A stretch of 64,000 bases of DNA from an uncultured Acidobacteriota bacterium (GCA_963741955.1 CAVUKB010000007.1:1216001-1280000), one strand, 5' to 3'. Shown: positions 23,721 through 35,633, counted from the first letter of the stretch. Notes: generated from the letters alone by a model not told the origin. Translations and numbers: made by a program.

Positions 23721-24914
23721 GTGAGAATTCTTTATTGCGCCTCGATCGCATTCATCCTGTTTGCTGAAGGAACCGCCTATGCCCTCCCCGCCTTTGCCCG
23801 GCGAGAGGGCGTGAAGTGTCAAATGTGCCACTTCCGGTTACCTGAGCTCAATGAGGATGGACATGCTTACGTTCGCCGAGGTCTCCGGGAGGAACCAAGG
23901 AGCAAGATGAGCGAAGGAGAGGCTGGCTCCGGGGAGGAGATGGGGCAGCCGACGAAGACGCCGGCAGCGGCGGTTCGCCGGAAGTTGGGAGAGCCGCTGC
24001 CGCTGCAGTGGGCCGACTACTTCACAGTCATGGGCCACCACATGGTGACGCAGAATCGCGGAAGCCGGACCCGGTTCGATGCAGGTCGCATCGATCTCTG
24101 GATGGGAGGCCCAATCGATCGGCATTGGTCAGGACTGGTAAATCCGACCGCGGACATTGAAGAAGGCGGCCTGGACGTCGAGCAAGCATATGTGCATTAC
24201 GACTCGCACTGGAATGAGAGATTCGTGTCGGCCCGAGTAGGACAGATCATGCCGTTTGCGATTCTTTTCAACCAGGGCGGTCCTGGCATGTCGTTGAGCG
24301 CCCCGGTCGTGCTCACCACGGCAGCCGACACGGGAACGACGTGGACGCCGACCACATTGATGCGCGGCGCTGAAATTGGGGCGGTGAACCTGCCGCGGTG
24401 GAATGTCTATGCGGGAGTGGTGCAGCCGAATCGCGAGGGCTCGCAGACCACCGACCCCCACACTGACGCATATGCGAGTGCCGAATACCTGATCGGAAAA
24501 CGAGGCGATTCGCTCACTGCGTACGGCTACTGGGGGAAGGCGACGGGGCTGGATGCTCACGACCGCGGATTTCACCGGATCGGATTATTCGCAAATGCGT
24601 ATGCGAAGAGCACGAAAGCGACGGCGGGATATCTGACGGGGTCGGATGATTCCGTCGGGCGTTCGCTCGACAACTGGGGCTATTTCGTGCAGGCGGAGCA
24701 GCTTCTCTCGGAACAGTGGGCCGCGTACGTACGCTACGACCGCTTCCGCCAGGACCTGGCGGCCGGGGGTGCTCGCAGCATCGATGGACCGTCGGTCGGA
24801 GTGTCGTGGTGGGCGCAGTCCCAGATTCGCCTGACGCTGGAAGGACGAGTCCTCGAGACGTCAGGAGAACGGAACAATCGAATGCTCATGGCCGAGTTCA
24901 TGTGGGTTTTCTGA
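23721..24914 (+). CDS. Cyc2-like monoheme cytochrome c / outer-membrane beta-barrel fusion
   Basis: Signal peptide ending AYA, then LPAFARREGVKCQMCHFRLPEL (PxFAR..CxxCH..PxL); amphipathic beta-strands; C-terminal aromatic EFMWVF. Confidence 0.75.
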   Translation: MRILYCASIAFILFAEGTAYALPAFARREGVKCQMCHFRLPELNEDGHAYVRRGLREEPRSKMSEGEAGSGEEMGQPTKTPAAAVRRKLGEPLPLQWADYFTVMGHHMVTQNRGSRTRFDAGRIDLWMGGPIDRHWSGLVNPTADIEEGGLDVEQAYVHYDSHWNERFVSARVGQIMPFAILFNQGGPGMSLSAPVVLTTAADTGTTWTPTTLMRGAEIGAVNLPRWNVYAGVVQPNREGSQTTDPHTDAYASAEYLIGKRGDSLTAYGYWGKATGLDAHDRGFHRIGLFANAYAKSTKATAGYLTGSDDSVGRSLDNWGYFVQAEQLLSEQWAAYVRYDRFRQDLAAGGARSIDGPSVGVSWWAQSQIRLTLEGRVLETSGERNNRMLMAEFMWVF

Positions 24915-25106
24915 GATTGCGAAGATCTTTGATCTCGCCGGGCACGAGCGGCCTTTGCCCATCGAAACCTTCCGCGTGGGGGGGGGCGGCGCCGCCAGCG
25001 CCAGGGCAGGCGAGTCTGCTTCCTCCGCTTTCCCCGACCCGTGGCACCTGGCGAGCCGGAGGAGCCACGGCTGGGCGTACCTTCCCGGCGGATGAGAGGA
25101 GGATCA

Positions 25107-25646
25107 ATGAGCAATCGTGCCGGTCTAATCGTCGCTATCGTCCTGTTGTCTATCCCGGCCGGTGTCGTGCTCGTCTCCGCGACGGGTTGCAGTCGTCGGA
25201 CCTACGCACCCCATGAAAAGAGCGAAGCGGCCTCCCCCCCTTTCTCGTTTCGGTCCAACGGTGAACGAATCTACTTCACGTTGACCGACGAGCGAGGCGA
25301 ACGGATCTCGTTTCAGGGGGGACCGCCGTGGTTGTCGATGCATGGCGGCAGTTGCGCCGACTGCCACGGATCGGACGGGCGCGGTGGAAAACAGGTGATG
25401 ATGGGAACTGCAGTCCCCGCCGACATCCGATACAGCGTCCTGACCGCGAAAGAGCATCCGGCGGGTGGAGAACATGCCGACCACCCTCCTTACACCGATC
25501 GTCTCATCAAGCGAGCGATCACAGAGGGACTCGACCCGGCAGGCGGGCGGCTCGATCAGACGATGCCGCGCTTCACCATGCCCGAGCAGGACTTGAACGA
25601 CCTCGTGGACTATCTGAAACAGCTCGATGGAAAGAGGGCGGAGTAA
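25107..25646 (+). CDS. Monoheme cytochrome c, membrane-anchored/lipoprotein
   Basis: SD GAGGAGG; hydrophobic N-terminus with ATGC; CADCH; MPRF...DLVDYLK. Confidence 0.85.
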   Translation: MSNRAGLIVAIVLLSIPAGVVLVSATGCSRRTYAPHEKSEAASPPFSFRSNGERIYFTLTDERGERISFQGGPPWLSMHGGSCADCHGSDGRGGKQVMMGTAVPADIRYSVLTAKEHPAGGEHADHPPYTDRLIKRAITEGLDPAGGRLDQTMPRFTMPEQDLNDLVDYLKQLDGKRAE

Positions 25647-25691
25647 GGTTGCGCACCTGCGACCAAAGCCGAGGGACGATCTGCGAGATCG

Positions 25692-28305
25692 ACTTTCAGG
25701 GTTGCCCCTCACCCTTCCCTCTCCCCGAAGGGCGGTCCTCGGCTGAAGTTGTGTGAGTGCGGACGGGGAGAGGGTGGGCACGTGCCGCGTGCAGTTCCAG
25801 GGATTGAAATCTTCCCATCCGGATCTCGTCAATCTCCGAGCCCCGAGCCTCGCGAGAACGGTACGGCGTGCAGTCGTACGATTCGCGCAATCAACTTTCA
25901 GGGTTGCCCCTCACCCTTCCCTCTCCCCGAAGGGCGGTTCTCGGCTGAAGTTGTGTGGGTGCGGACGGGGAGAGGGTGGGCACGTGCCGCGTGCAGTTCC
26001 AGGGATTGAAATCTTCCAATTCGGATCTCGTCAATCTCCGAGCTTCGAGCTTCGAGCCTCGAGCCTCGAACCTCGAGCCTCGCGAGAACGGTACGGCGTG
26101 CAGTCGTACGATTCGCGCAATCAACTTTCAGGGTTGCCCCTCACCCTTCCCTCTCCCCGAAGGACGGTTCTCGGCTGAAGTTGTGTGAGTGCGGACGGGG
26201 AGAGGGTGGGCACGTGCCGCGTGCAGTTCCAGGGATTGAAATCTTCCAATCCGGATCTCGTCAATCTCCGAGCTTCGAGCTTCGAGCCTCGAGCCTCGAA
26301 CCTCGAACCTCGAGCCTCGCGAGAACGGTACGGCGTGCAGTCGTACGATTCGCGCAATCAACTTTCAGGGTTGCCCCTCACCCTTCCCTCTCCCCGAAGG
26401 ACGGTTCTCGGCTGAAGTTGTGTGAGTGCGGACGGGGAGAGGGTGGGCACGTGCCGCGTGCAGTTCCAGGGATTGAAATCTTCCAATCCGGATCTCGTCA
26501 ATCTCCGAGCTTCGAGCTTCGAGCCTCGAGCCTCGAACCTCGAACCTCGAGCCTCGCGAGAACGGTACGGCGTGCAGTCGTACGATTCGCGCCATCAACT
26601 TTCAGGGTTGCCCCTCACCCTTCCCTCTCCCCGAAGGGCGGTTCTCGGCTGAAGTTGTGTGGGTGCGGACGGGGAGAGGGCGGGCACGTGCCGCGTGCAG
26701 TTCCAGGGATTGAAATCTTCCAATTCGGATCTCGTCAATCTCCGAGCTTCGAGCCTCGAGCCTCGAGCCTCGAGCCCCGCGAGAACGGTACGGCGTGCAG
26801 TCGTACGATTCGCGCCATCAACTTTCAGGGTTGCCCCTCACCCTGCCCTCTCCCCGAAGGGCGGTTCTCGGCTGAAGGTGCGTGAGTGCGGACGGGGAGA
26901 GGGTGGGCACGTGCCGCGTGCAGTTCCATGGATTGAAATCTTCCAATCCGGATCTCGTCAATCTCCAATCTTCGAACCTCGAGCCTCGAGCCTCGAACCT
27001 CGAGCCTCGCGAGAACGGTACGGCGTGCAGTCGTACGATTCGCGCAATCAACTTTCAGGGTTGCCCCTCACCCTTCCCTCTCTCCGAAGGGCGGTCCTCG
27101 GCTGAAGTTGTGTGAGTGCGGACGGGGAGAGGGTGGGCACGTGCCGCGTGCAGTTCCAGGGATTGAAATCTTCCAATCCGGATCTCGTCATTCTCCGAGC
27201 CCCGAGCCTCGAGCCTCGAGCCTCGAGCCTCGAGCCTCGAACCTCGAGCCTCGCGAGAACGGTACGGCGTGCAGTCGTACGATTCGCGCAATCAACTTTC
27301 AGGGTTGCCCCTCACCCTTCCCTCTCCCCGAAGGGCGGTCCTCGGCTGAAGTTGTGTGAGTGCGGACGGGGAGAGGGTGGGCACGTGCCGCGTGCAGTTC
27401 CAGGGATTGAAATCTTCCAATCCGGATCTCGTCAATCTCCGAGCTTCGAGCCTCGAACCTCGAGCCTCGAGCCTCGAGCCTCGAGCCTCGAACCTCGAGC
27501 CTCGCGAGAACGGTGCGGCGTGCAGTCGTACGATTCGCGCCATCAACTTTCAGGGTTGCCCCTCACCCTTCCCTCTCCCCGAAGGGCGGTTCTCGGCTGA
27601 AGGTGCGTGAGTGCGGACGGGGAGAGGGTGGGCACGTGCCGCGTGCAGTTCCATGGATTGAAAACTCCCAATCCGGATCTCGTCAATCTCCGAGCTTCGA
27701 GCCTCGAGCCTCGAGCCTCGAGCCTCGAGCCTCGAGCCTCGAGCCTCGAGCCTCGAGCCTCGAGCCTCGCGAGAACGGTACGGCGTGCGGTCGTACGATT
27801 CGCGCAATCAACTTTCAGGGTTGCCCCTCACCCTTCCCTCTCCCCGAAGGGCGGATCTCGGCTGAAGTTGTGTGGGTGCGGACGGGGAGAGGGTGCGCAC
27901 GTGCCGCGTGCAGTTCCAGGGATTGAAATCTTCCAATCCGGATCTCGTCAATCTCCGAGCTTCGAGCCTCGAACCTCGAGCCTCGCGAGAACGGTACGGC
28001 GTGCAGTCGTACGATTCGCGCAATCGATCTTCAGGGTTGCCCCTCACCCTTCCCTCTCCCCGAAGGGCGGTTCTCGGCTGAAGTTGTGTGGGAGTGCGGA
28101 CGGGGAGAGGGTGGGCACGTGCCGCGTGCAGTTCCAGGGATTGAAATCTTCCAATCCGGATCTCGTCATTCTTCGAGCCTCGAGCCTCGAGCCCCGCGCC
28201 TCGAGCCTCGAGCCTCGAGCCCCGAGCCTCGAGCCTCGAGCCTCGAGCCCCGCGCCCCGAGCCTCGAGCCTCGAGCCTCGAGCCCCGCGCCCCGAGCCTC
28301 GCGTT
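25692..28305. repeat. Family B tandem array, 11 units with a variable heptamer (GAGCCTC) tract; inverted relative to the 16.3-19.3 kb copies
   Basis: Unit starts 25692, 25894, 26124, 26361, 26598, 26821, 27051, 27295, 27546, 27811, 28027; lengths differ by multiples of 7. Confidence 0.95.
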
Positions 28306-28306
28306 C

Positions 28307-28777
28307 TCAGATCGCCGGGCCGGGGTGCTTCTTCAGCTCGAGCTTCCGCCGGCTGAGCTCCTCCCCCAGGGTGTCGAGCTCGTCGTCGCTCATCACGCTC
28401 TTCGCCTTCGGAAACATCTCGTCCTCTTCCTCGTGGATGTGGTGATGCACGAGCTCGTTGAGCACGTGGGCCTTCCCGAGGAACTCGTTGCTGTTCGGGT
28501 TGGTCTTCTTCAGCTCCGGGAGGACCATGTCGACGACGTGGTGCTCTTCCTTCGACTCGAAGAAGAGAACCTCGTCTTCCTTCTTTTCGACCGCGTCGCG
28601 AAACGCGGGATAGAAGATCTCTTCTTCGATGGTGGTGTGGATGCGGAGCTCGCGGTCGATGCGATCGAGAAGCTCTTCGCGGTTCCTGGTCGCACTCGAT
28701 TTCGTCTCGACCAGCTCGTCGAGGAGTTTCTTCACTTTCTGATGGTCTTCCTTCAGCACGTCGAGGGCGTTCGGCAT
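28307..28777 (-). CDS. Hemerythrin/HHE-domain protein
   Basis: LKEDHQKV, HTTIEEEIFYP, EEHHVV, HHIHEEEDEMFP; SD AGGAGG. Confidence 0.92.
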   Translation of the reverse strand: MPNALDVLKEDHQKVKKLLDELVETKSSATRNREELLDRIDRELRIHTTIEEEIFYPAFRDAVEKKEDEVLFFESKEEHHVVDMVLPELKKTNPNSNEFLGKAHVLNELVHHHIHEEEDEMFPKAKSVMSDDELDTLGEELSRRKLELKKHPGPAI

Positions 28778-28800
28778 TGGATCCTCCTGCCGTTCAACGT

Positions 28801-28817
28801 CGCAAGAGCGGTGCCGG
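28801..28817 (-). promoter_or_regulatory. Putative sigma54 (-24/-12) promoter of the hemerythrin gene
   Basis: Minus strand CCGGCACCGCTCTTGCG fits GGCAC-N5-TTGC, about 24 nt upstream of the ATG. Confidence 0.55.
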
Positions 28818-28841
28818 AGCGCGGGGCGTTGCCGCGCGGCT

Positions 28842-29318
28842 CTACTTCCCCTGATCGGCGAGGTCCTGCGCCTGGTCGAGGGTCGTATCGATCGATTCCT
28901 GCCGCTGGACCACGTCTCCCGGGAGTGAGCCGCCGGTGCGGATTGCGGAGTCGAATTCGCCGGTGAGGCTGCGGAGTGCGTCGACGGCGTCTCGAGCCTT
29001 CGAGCAGGAGTCGTCCGGGCAGGAGCAGTCGGAGGAGGCGCGGGAGATCGCGCCATCGACGTCGGAGCGGAATGCGTCCCACGCGCCGAGGTCCGGAGAA
29101 GGGTTGGCAAAGCGCCCGATGCCGCCGCCCCAGAGCTCGCTCGCGGCTCGTGCGGATGCCACACACGGCGACGAGCCGGCCACGCCGGCCTCAGTGTGTG
29201 AAGCGCTGCTCCTGGAAAAATGCGAGCGGAACCAGGGGGAGCCGTAGCGAACGCCGACGACGACTGCGACGACGAGGACGACGAGGCGGATCAGAGTGCT
29301 GGAAGCCGATCGTGCCAT
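28842..29318 (-). CDS. Hypothetical N-terminally anchored protein with 4 Cys
   Basis: Hydrophobic N-terminal segment, plausible helical body, TATGAT 9 nt upstream. Confidence 0.7.
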   Translation of the reverse strand: MARSASSTLIRLVVLVVAVVVGVRYGSPWFRSHFSRSSASHTEAGVAGSSPCVASARAASELWGGGIGRFANPSPDLGAWDAFRSDVDGAISRASSDCSCPDDSCSKARDAVDALRSLTGEFDSAIRTGGSLPGDVVQRQESIDTTLDQAQDLADQGK

Positions 29319-29342
29319 AGCGGAACGATCATACGCCGATCA

Positions 29343-30479
29343 TCAGGAACCTGATGTCTTCTGGGCGAACGCGACCCGCATGAATCCGCGCGTCTCGGGA
29401 TCTGCCATCGCGTAGGAACGGCAGAGGAGCTCCACCTCTTCGGGGTCGTCCGGATCTTCGACCGTGAATCCGTCCTCCGGCTGCGTGGGCGTGTCGACCG
29501 GGCGAGTGGTCCATTCGCCATCGGCCGAGAAGCGACACTCGATGAACGGCTTTCGTGGAGGAGGGGAGGTCGGCGCGGCCGCTTCGAGCGCCATGTCGAG
29601 CTCGAGCTCGAGCGACGTGTCGGTCTCGACCTCATCGTCAGTCGGGAGCTCGTCGAACCGGCTCCGCGCCGGGGGCGGCTGGCTCGACGGCGGCGTGGTC
29701 TCCGGAGCGGGAGTCTCGAGCTCGAGGGAGAGGTCGGGAGCCTCTTCCGGCGTCGCGGATTCCTCCGGCTGCACGGCGTCCGGTTCTTCTGCCTGCACTT
29801 CGAGTTTCTCTTCGATTTCTTCGGGGTGCGTTCCGGAGTCGTTCCCGGCGGGCTCCGCGTCGATCTCGAGCGGGATCTCCGGCTCGCTCTCGAACGAGAT
29901 CTCGATCTCGGGCGAGGTTGCGAACGCTCCGGAGTCTGCTGCGAGGTCGCTCTCGATCTCGACGGACTCCTCGGTTACGGAGGAGATCTCCGGTTCGCTC
30001 TCGAATGAGATCTCGAGCTCCGGCGGGGCGAAGGCTCCGGACTCTGTTGCGAGGTCGCTCTCGATCTCCGGCTCCGAAAGTTCGGGCGCCTCGGGAGGGG
30101 GAGGGGGTGGTGGTGCGGAGCGACGCTTTTTCGGATCGCGTTCGTCGGGACAGACCGCCGATTCGTCGAGCTGTTGCAGTCTCTCTTGCAGATTCTCCTT
30201 CGAAGGTCCGATGCCCTCGACCAGGAGGAGTCCGGAGTGGTAGATCAGCTTCTCGCCGCTTCTCCCTCCGATCTGGCTGCGGACCACTTTCACCCGGAAC
30301 GCGTAGAGCTCTTCGTTCCAGTCGAACTCGAGACGGTGCAGAGTGCCGGGAGCGAGTTTGCCGTCGTGGAGAATGCGGAAGCCGGCGAGTGAGACGTCGA
30401 CCACCGTGATCCGCTCCTTCCCCAGCAGGCCGGGAACGTGGACGAAGTAACGCGGTGAGCCTCTCCGTTCAGGATTCAA
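29343..30479 (-). CDS. PilZ-domain protein with long acidic linker and small C-terminal domain
   Basis: ERRGSPRY (RxxxR) and DVSLAG (DxSxxG) motifs; Glu/Pro-rich middle with an internal duplication. Confidence 0.8.
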   Translation of the reverse strand: MNPERRGSPRYFVHVPGLLGKERITVVDVSLAGFRILHDGKLAPGTLHRLEFDWNEELYAFRVKVVRSQIGGRSGEKLIYHSGLLLVEGIGPSKENLQERLQQLDESAVCPDERDPKKRRSAPPPPPPPEAPELSEPEIESDLATESGAFAPPELEISFESEPEISSVTEESVEIESDLAADSGAFATSPEIEISFESEPEIPLEIDAEPAGNDSGTHPEEIEEKLEVQAEEPDAVQPEESATPEEAPDLSLELETPAPETTPPSSQPPPARSRFDELPTDDEVETDTSLELELDMALEAAAPTSPPPRKPFIECRFSADGEWTTRPVDTPTQPEDGFTVEDPDDPEEVELLCRSYAMADPETRGFMRVAFAQKTSGS

Positions 30480-30600
30480 CGTGACGTAGCTCTCTCATCG
30501 AAGTTCGGCCGTGAATCGCGAGGCGGCCGGGATCGGTTCATTGTAGGACGGCGCGGCGAAGATTTCGAATCCGCTGAGCCGCGGAGAGACTCCGAGCGCG

Positions 30601-30927
30601 CTATTCACGGAATTCATCCGCAACCCGGCGCTCGTTCCGGACCGACTCCATCACCACCTCGACGCGTCGAGGATCGTAGTCGAACGGGAGGAGCCCGAGG
30701 AATCGGAGCTGCTGGCGGAGCTCGGGGGTCGCGCTCTTCACGAAGAGGCGGTTCCAGGTCCAGAAGTCGGTCGGATGGAACCAGAGGGTCCGTTCACCTT
30801 CCGCCGCCGCGATGGCGGGCCGTTTGAAGAGTCTGAGAAAACCGTACTTCTGATCCCTCAGCTCCGCGCTCCCTTCGTGGACCACCGGCTCTCCGGCGGG
30901 ATCGACCTCGATCCATACGACTTCCAT
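30601..30927 (-). CDS. Hypothetical protein
   Basis: 108-aa ORF with normal composition; TAAAAT 6 nt upstream of the ATG. Confidence 0.6.
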   Translation of the reverse strand: MEVVWIEVDPAGEPVVHEGSAELRDQKYGFLRLFKRPAIAAAEGERTLWFHPTDFWTWNRLFVKSATPELRQQLRFLGLLPFDYDPRRVEVVMESVRNERRVADEFRE

Positions 30928-31031
30928 CGCTCGATTTTACCCGTCGATTAGGTGCTGCGCTCGCATTCTCTCTTCGATGTGCTTATCTTTAGTACGGACT
31001 TCCGAGAACTCCCGTGCATTGACAACCCTGA

Positions 31032-32483
<1,452 letters not shown>

Positions 32484-32506
32484 GCCGTTGCCGGATCTCT
32501 CGAATC

Positions 32507-32547
32507 GGGCGATGAGGCGCACGGTGCGCTTCATCGCCCCTCTTTTT
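32507..32547 (+). terminator. Probable rho-independent terminator after gdhA
   Basis: GGGCGATGAGGCGCAC/GTGCGCTTCATCGCCC hairpin followed by CTCTTTTT. Confidence 0.65.
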
Positions 32548-32592
32548 GCGGCGGGAGATCGTCGGAACCGATAGCGAAGGGAGTGGGCGCTC

Positions 32593-35571
32593 ATGAGGCA
32601 CGAGCTGTTCGAGCCGGTCTGGACGGAGCACGGATTCGGCACACGGCTGCAGGATTTCCAGCAGCTGATGCGGCATCGGATCCGAGACGTCCTGCTGGTC
32701 TCCAGTCTCTTCGACCTCTTCCTGTTCGAGGAAGAGGGTCTCCTCTACGAGCAGATCGAGGACGAGTATCAGGGGCTCGCGCTGACTCACATCCCGGAGT
32801 TCACCCGCGTCTCGAGCGGGACTGCGGCCCTGGAGGCCTTTCAGGACGAGCCGCACATCGATCTGGTCCTCGCGACGTTGCATATCGAAGACATGACCCC
32901 GTTGCGGCTCGCGCGGATGATCCGGGAGAAGGGGTTCGACGTCCCGATCGTTCTCCTGGCGTACGACAATCAGGAGCTGAACGACCTCCTCACCCGGCAG
33001 GACATCTCCATCCTCGACCGGATCTGGGTCTGGCAGGGCGACTTCCGGGTGCTGATCGCCGCGGTCAAGGATCTGGAGGACCGGCTCAACGTGGAGCGCG
33101 ACACCGCCCTGTTCGGCGTGCAGTGCATCGTGGTGATCGAAGACAGCATCCGCTACTACTCGACGCTGATGCCGCTGCTCTATTCGGAGGTGATGCGCCA
33201 TTCGCACCGTTTGATCGCCGAGGGAGTGAACTCCGCGCATCGCTCGCTGAGAATGCGTGCGCGTCCGAAACTTCTCCTCTCCACCAACTGGGAGGAGGCG
33301 TGGAACTACTTCCAGCGGTATCAGCAGCACATCATCGGGGTGATCTCCGACGTCGGGTTCCCCCGTGACGGCGAGATGGACGAGAGAGCGGGACTCGATT
33401 TCGCGAAGGCGGTCCGCTCCCGCTGGTTCGACATCGCCATTCTGCTGCAGTCGACCACCGATGAATTCGAGCAGGAGGCGCGGGACACCGGCAACATCTT
33501 CATCTCCAAGAGCTCACCGACGGTGGTCGAGGATCTGCGGCGGATTCTGCACGACACGTTCAGTTTCGGCGATTTCATCTTCCGCACGCCGGACGGGAAG
33601 GAAGTCGGTCGTGCCACGGATCTCCGCTCTCTCGAGGAGCAGCTCCGGGTCGTCCCCGACGAGAGCCTTCTCTATCACGCGGAGCGCAATCATTTCTCGA
33701 ACTGGCTGAAGGCACGGACGGAGTTCCGCCTCGCGTACCATCTCCGCCCGCGGAAGGTCACGGACTACGATTCGGCCGACGATCTGCGCGGCGACGTGAT
33801 CGACCAGCTCCACGAGCACCGCTCGATCCGGCAGCGGGGAATGCTGGCGGAGTTCTCCCGGGACACGTTCGATCCGAGCAGCTCGTTCGCGCGGATCGGC
33901 GGGGGATCGCTGGGAGGGAAGGCGCGAGGGCTCGCGTTCGTGAACGCGCTTCTGTCGAGCTATATGGTGAGGAACCGGTTTCCCGACGTGGAGATCGAGG
34001 TTCCGCCGGCAGTGGTGGTCGGCACCGACGCGTTCGACGAGTTCGTGGAGCGCAACGATCTCTACCGCTTCGCCCTCGAGTGCGGCGACGACCTGGCGAT
34101 CATGCAGCGCTTCGTCGACGCGCCCTGGTTCCCTCCGTCGGTGGAAGAGGCGCTGGCCGGTTTCCTCGATCTCTGCCGCGAGCCTCTCGCCGTCCGCTCG
34201 TCCAGTCTCCTCGAGGATTCGCAGTTCCACCCTTTCGCCGGCGTCTATCAGACCTACATGCTGCCCAACAGCCACCCCGATCCGCGGGAGCGGCTTCGCG
34301 AGCTGACCCTGGCGATACGGCGTGTTTATGCGTCGACCTTCTACCATGCCGCGCGCGAATACATCAAAGTCACCTCGCTCCGGGTGGAAGACGAGAAGAT
34401 GGCGGTGATGGTTCAGAAGATCGCCGGAGCGAGACACGGTGATCGTTTCTATCCGGAGGTCTCCGGAGTCGCCCGCTCGTACAACTTCTATCCGGTGGGT
34501 CCGCAGCGGCCGGAAGATGGCGTGGCCTCGGTGGCACTCGGGCTGGGGCGGATGATCGTGGAGGGAGGGCCGACGGTGCGGTTCTGTCCGCGCTATCCGG
34601 ACCATCTTCAGCAGTTCTTTTCCGCGCGCGACACGCTCCGGCACAACCAGCGCGAGTTCTACGCCCTCGAGATGTCGGACGAAGTGCCGGTCCCCAGGTC
34701 GGTGAACGACGAGAGGGTCAGGTCTTTCCCTCTCGAGCTGGCGGAAAAGGATGGAACTCTCCAGTCGGTTGCATCGACGTATTCCGCGGAGAACGATGCT
34801 CTCTACGAGGGCGTCTCCCGCGCGGGGATGCGGGTGGTGACGTTCGCTCCGATCCTCCGGAGCCATCTGGTGCCGCTTCCGCAGGCGCTGGAGTTTCTCT
34901 GTGAGCTCGGAAGCTGGGGGATGGGAAACCCGATCGAGATCGAGATGGCGATGAACCTCTCGGTGCCTCCGGACGAGCGGAAGAAGCTCGCGGTGCTCCA
35001 GATGCGGCCTCTGGTGCTCAACCTGGAGAGTGAGGAGCTCGAGATCGGAGAAGTCCCGATCGAGCGTCTCCTCTGTGCCAGTGGCCAGGTGCTCGGTCAC
35101 GGTGCGATACACGAGATCCGCGACGTCGTGGTGGTCGACTTCGGGACGTTCGACCGTGCGCGCAGCCGCGAGGCGGCGGCGGAAGTGGCGAGGGTCAACG
35201 ACCGGCTGATCGAAGAGGGGCGCGCGTATCTCCTGATCGGTCCGGGGCGGTGGGGGACGCTCGATCCGTGGCTCGGCGTTCCGGTGAAGTGGGATCAGAT
35301 CTGCGGGGCACGTGCGATCATCGAAGCGGGATTGCGCGACGTCAGCGTCGATCCCTCACAGGGCTCGCATTTCTTCCAGAACCTCACTTCGTTCCAGATC
35401 GGCTACTTCACCGTCTCCGAACGTCACCCGGGAAGCTTCGTGGATTGGGAGTGGCTGTCGGAGCAGCGGGCGTTCTTCGAGAGCGGATGCGTGCGGCATC
35501 TCCGCTTCGACGAGCCGGTGATGGTGAAGATGAACGGCCACCAGAGGCGGGGCGTGGTCTACAAGCCGTGA
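32593..35571 (+). CDS. Receiver-like + PEP/pyruvate-binding (PPDK_N ATP-grasp) domain protein
   Basis: GSLGGKARGLAF, PLAVRSSSLLEDS, FAGVY, SGVARS, GLGRMIVEG; N-terminal receiver-like segments; no C-terminal PEP-utiliser barrel recognised. Confidence 0.85.
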   Translation: MRHELFEPVWTEHGFGTRLQDFQQLMRHRIRDVLLVSSLFDLFLFEEEGLLYEQIEDEYQGLALTHIPEFTRVSSGTAALEAFQDEPHIDLVLATLHIEDMTPLRLARMIREKGFDVPIVLLAYDNQELNDLLTRQDISILDRIWVWQGDFRVLIAAVKDLEDRLNVERDTALFGVQCIVVIEDSIRYYSTLMPLLYSEVMRHSHRLIAEGVNSAHRSLRMRARPKLLLSTNWEEAWNYFQRYQQHIIGVISDVGFPRDGEMDERAGLDFAKAVRSRWFDIAILLQSTTDEFEQEARDTGNIFISKSSPTVVEDLRRILHDTFSFGDFIFRTPDGKEVGRATDLRSLEEQLRVVPDESLLYHAERNHFSNWLKARTEFRLAYHLRPRKVTDYDSADDLRGDVIDQLHEHRSIRQRGMLAEFSRDTFDPSSSFARIGGGSLGGKARGLAFVNALLSSYMVRNRFPDVEIEVPPAVVVGTDAFDEFVERNDLYRFALECGDDLAIMQRFVDAPWFPPSVEEALAGFLDLCREPLAVRSSSLLEDSQFHPFAGVYQTYMLPNSHPDPRERLRELTLAIRRVYASTFYHAAREYIKVTSLRVEDEKMAVMVQKIAGARHGDRFYPEVSGVARSYNFYPVGPQRPEDGVASVALGLGRMIVEGGPTVRFCPRYPDHLQQFFSARDTLRHNQREFYALEMSDEVPVPRSVNDERVRSFPLELAEKDGTLQSVASTYSAENDALYEGVSRAGMRVVTFAPILRSHLVPLPQALEFLCELGSWGMGNPIEIEMAMNLSVPPDERKKLAVLQMRPLVLNLESEELEIGEVPIERLLCASGQVLGHGAIHEIRDVVVVDFGTFDRARSREAAAEVARVNDRLIEEGRAYLLIGPGRWGTLDPWLGVPVKWDQICGARAIIEAGLRDVSVDPSQGSHFFQNLTSFQIGYFTVSERHPGSFVDWEWLSEQRAFFESGCVRHLRFDEPVMVKMNGHQRRGVVYKP

Positions 35572-35633
35572 GAGAGCATCTGCGAGCGCGAGAATGCAGC
35601 GCATACGCTGAGCTGTTGTGACCAGCTGACACC

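Noticed and set aside
21960-28305. Tandem arrays as CRISPR or TIGR-like guide arrays
   Set aside because: Units are near-identical along their whole length with no unique spacers, and no cas or Nop-domain gene is nearby.
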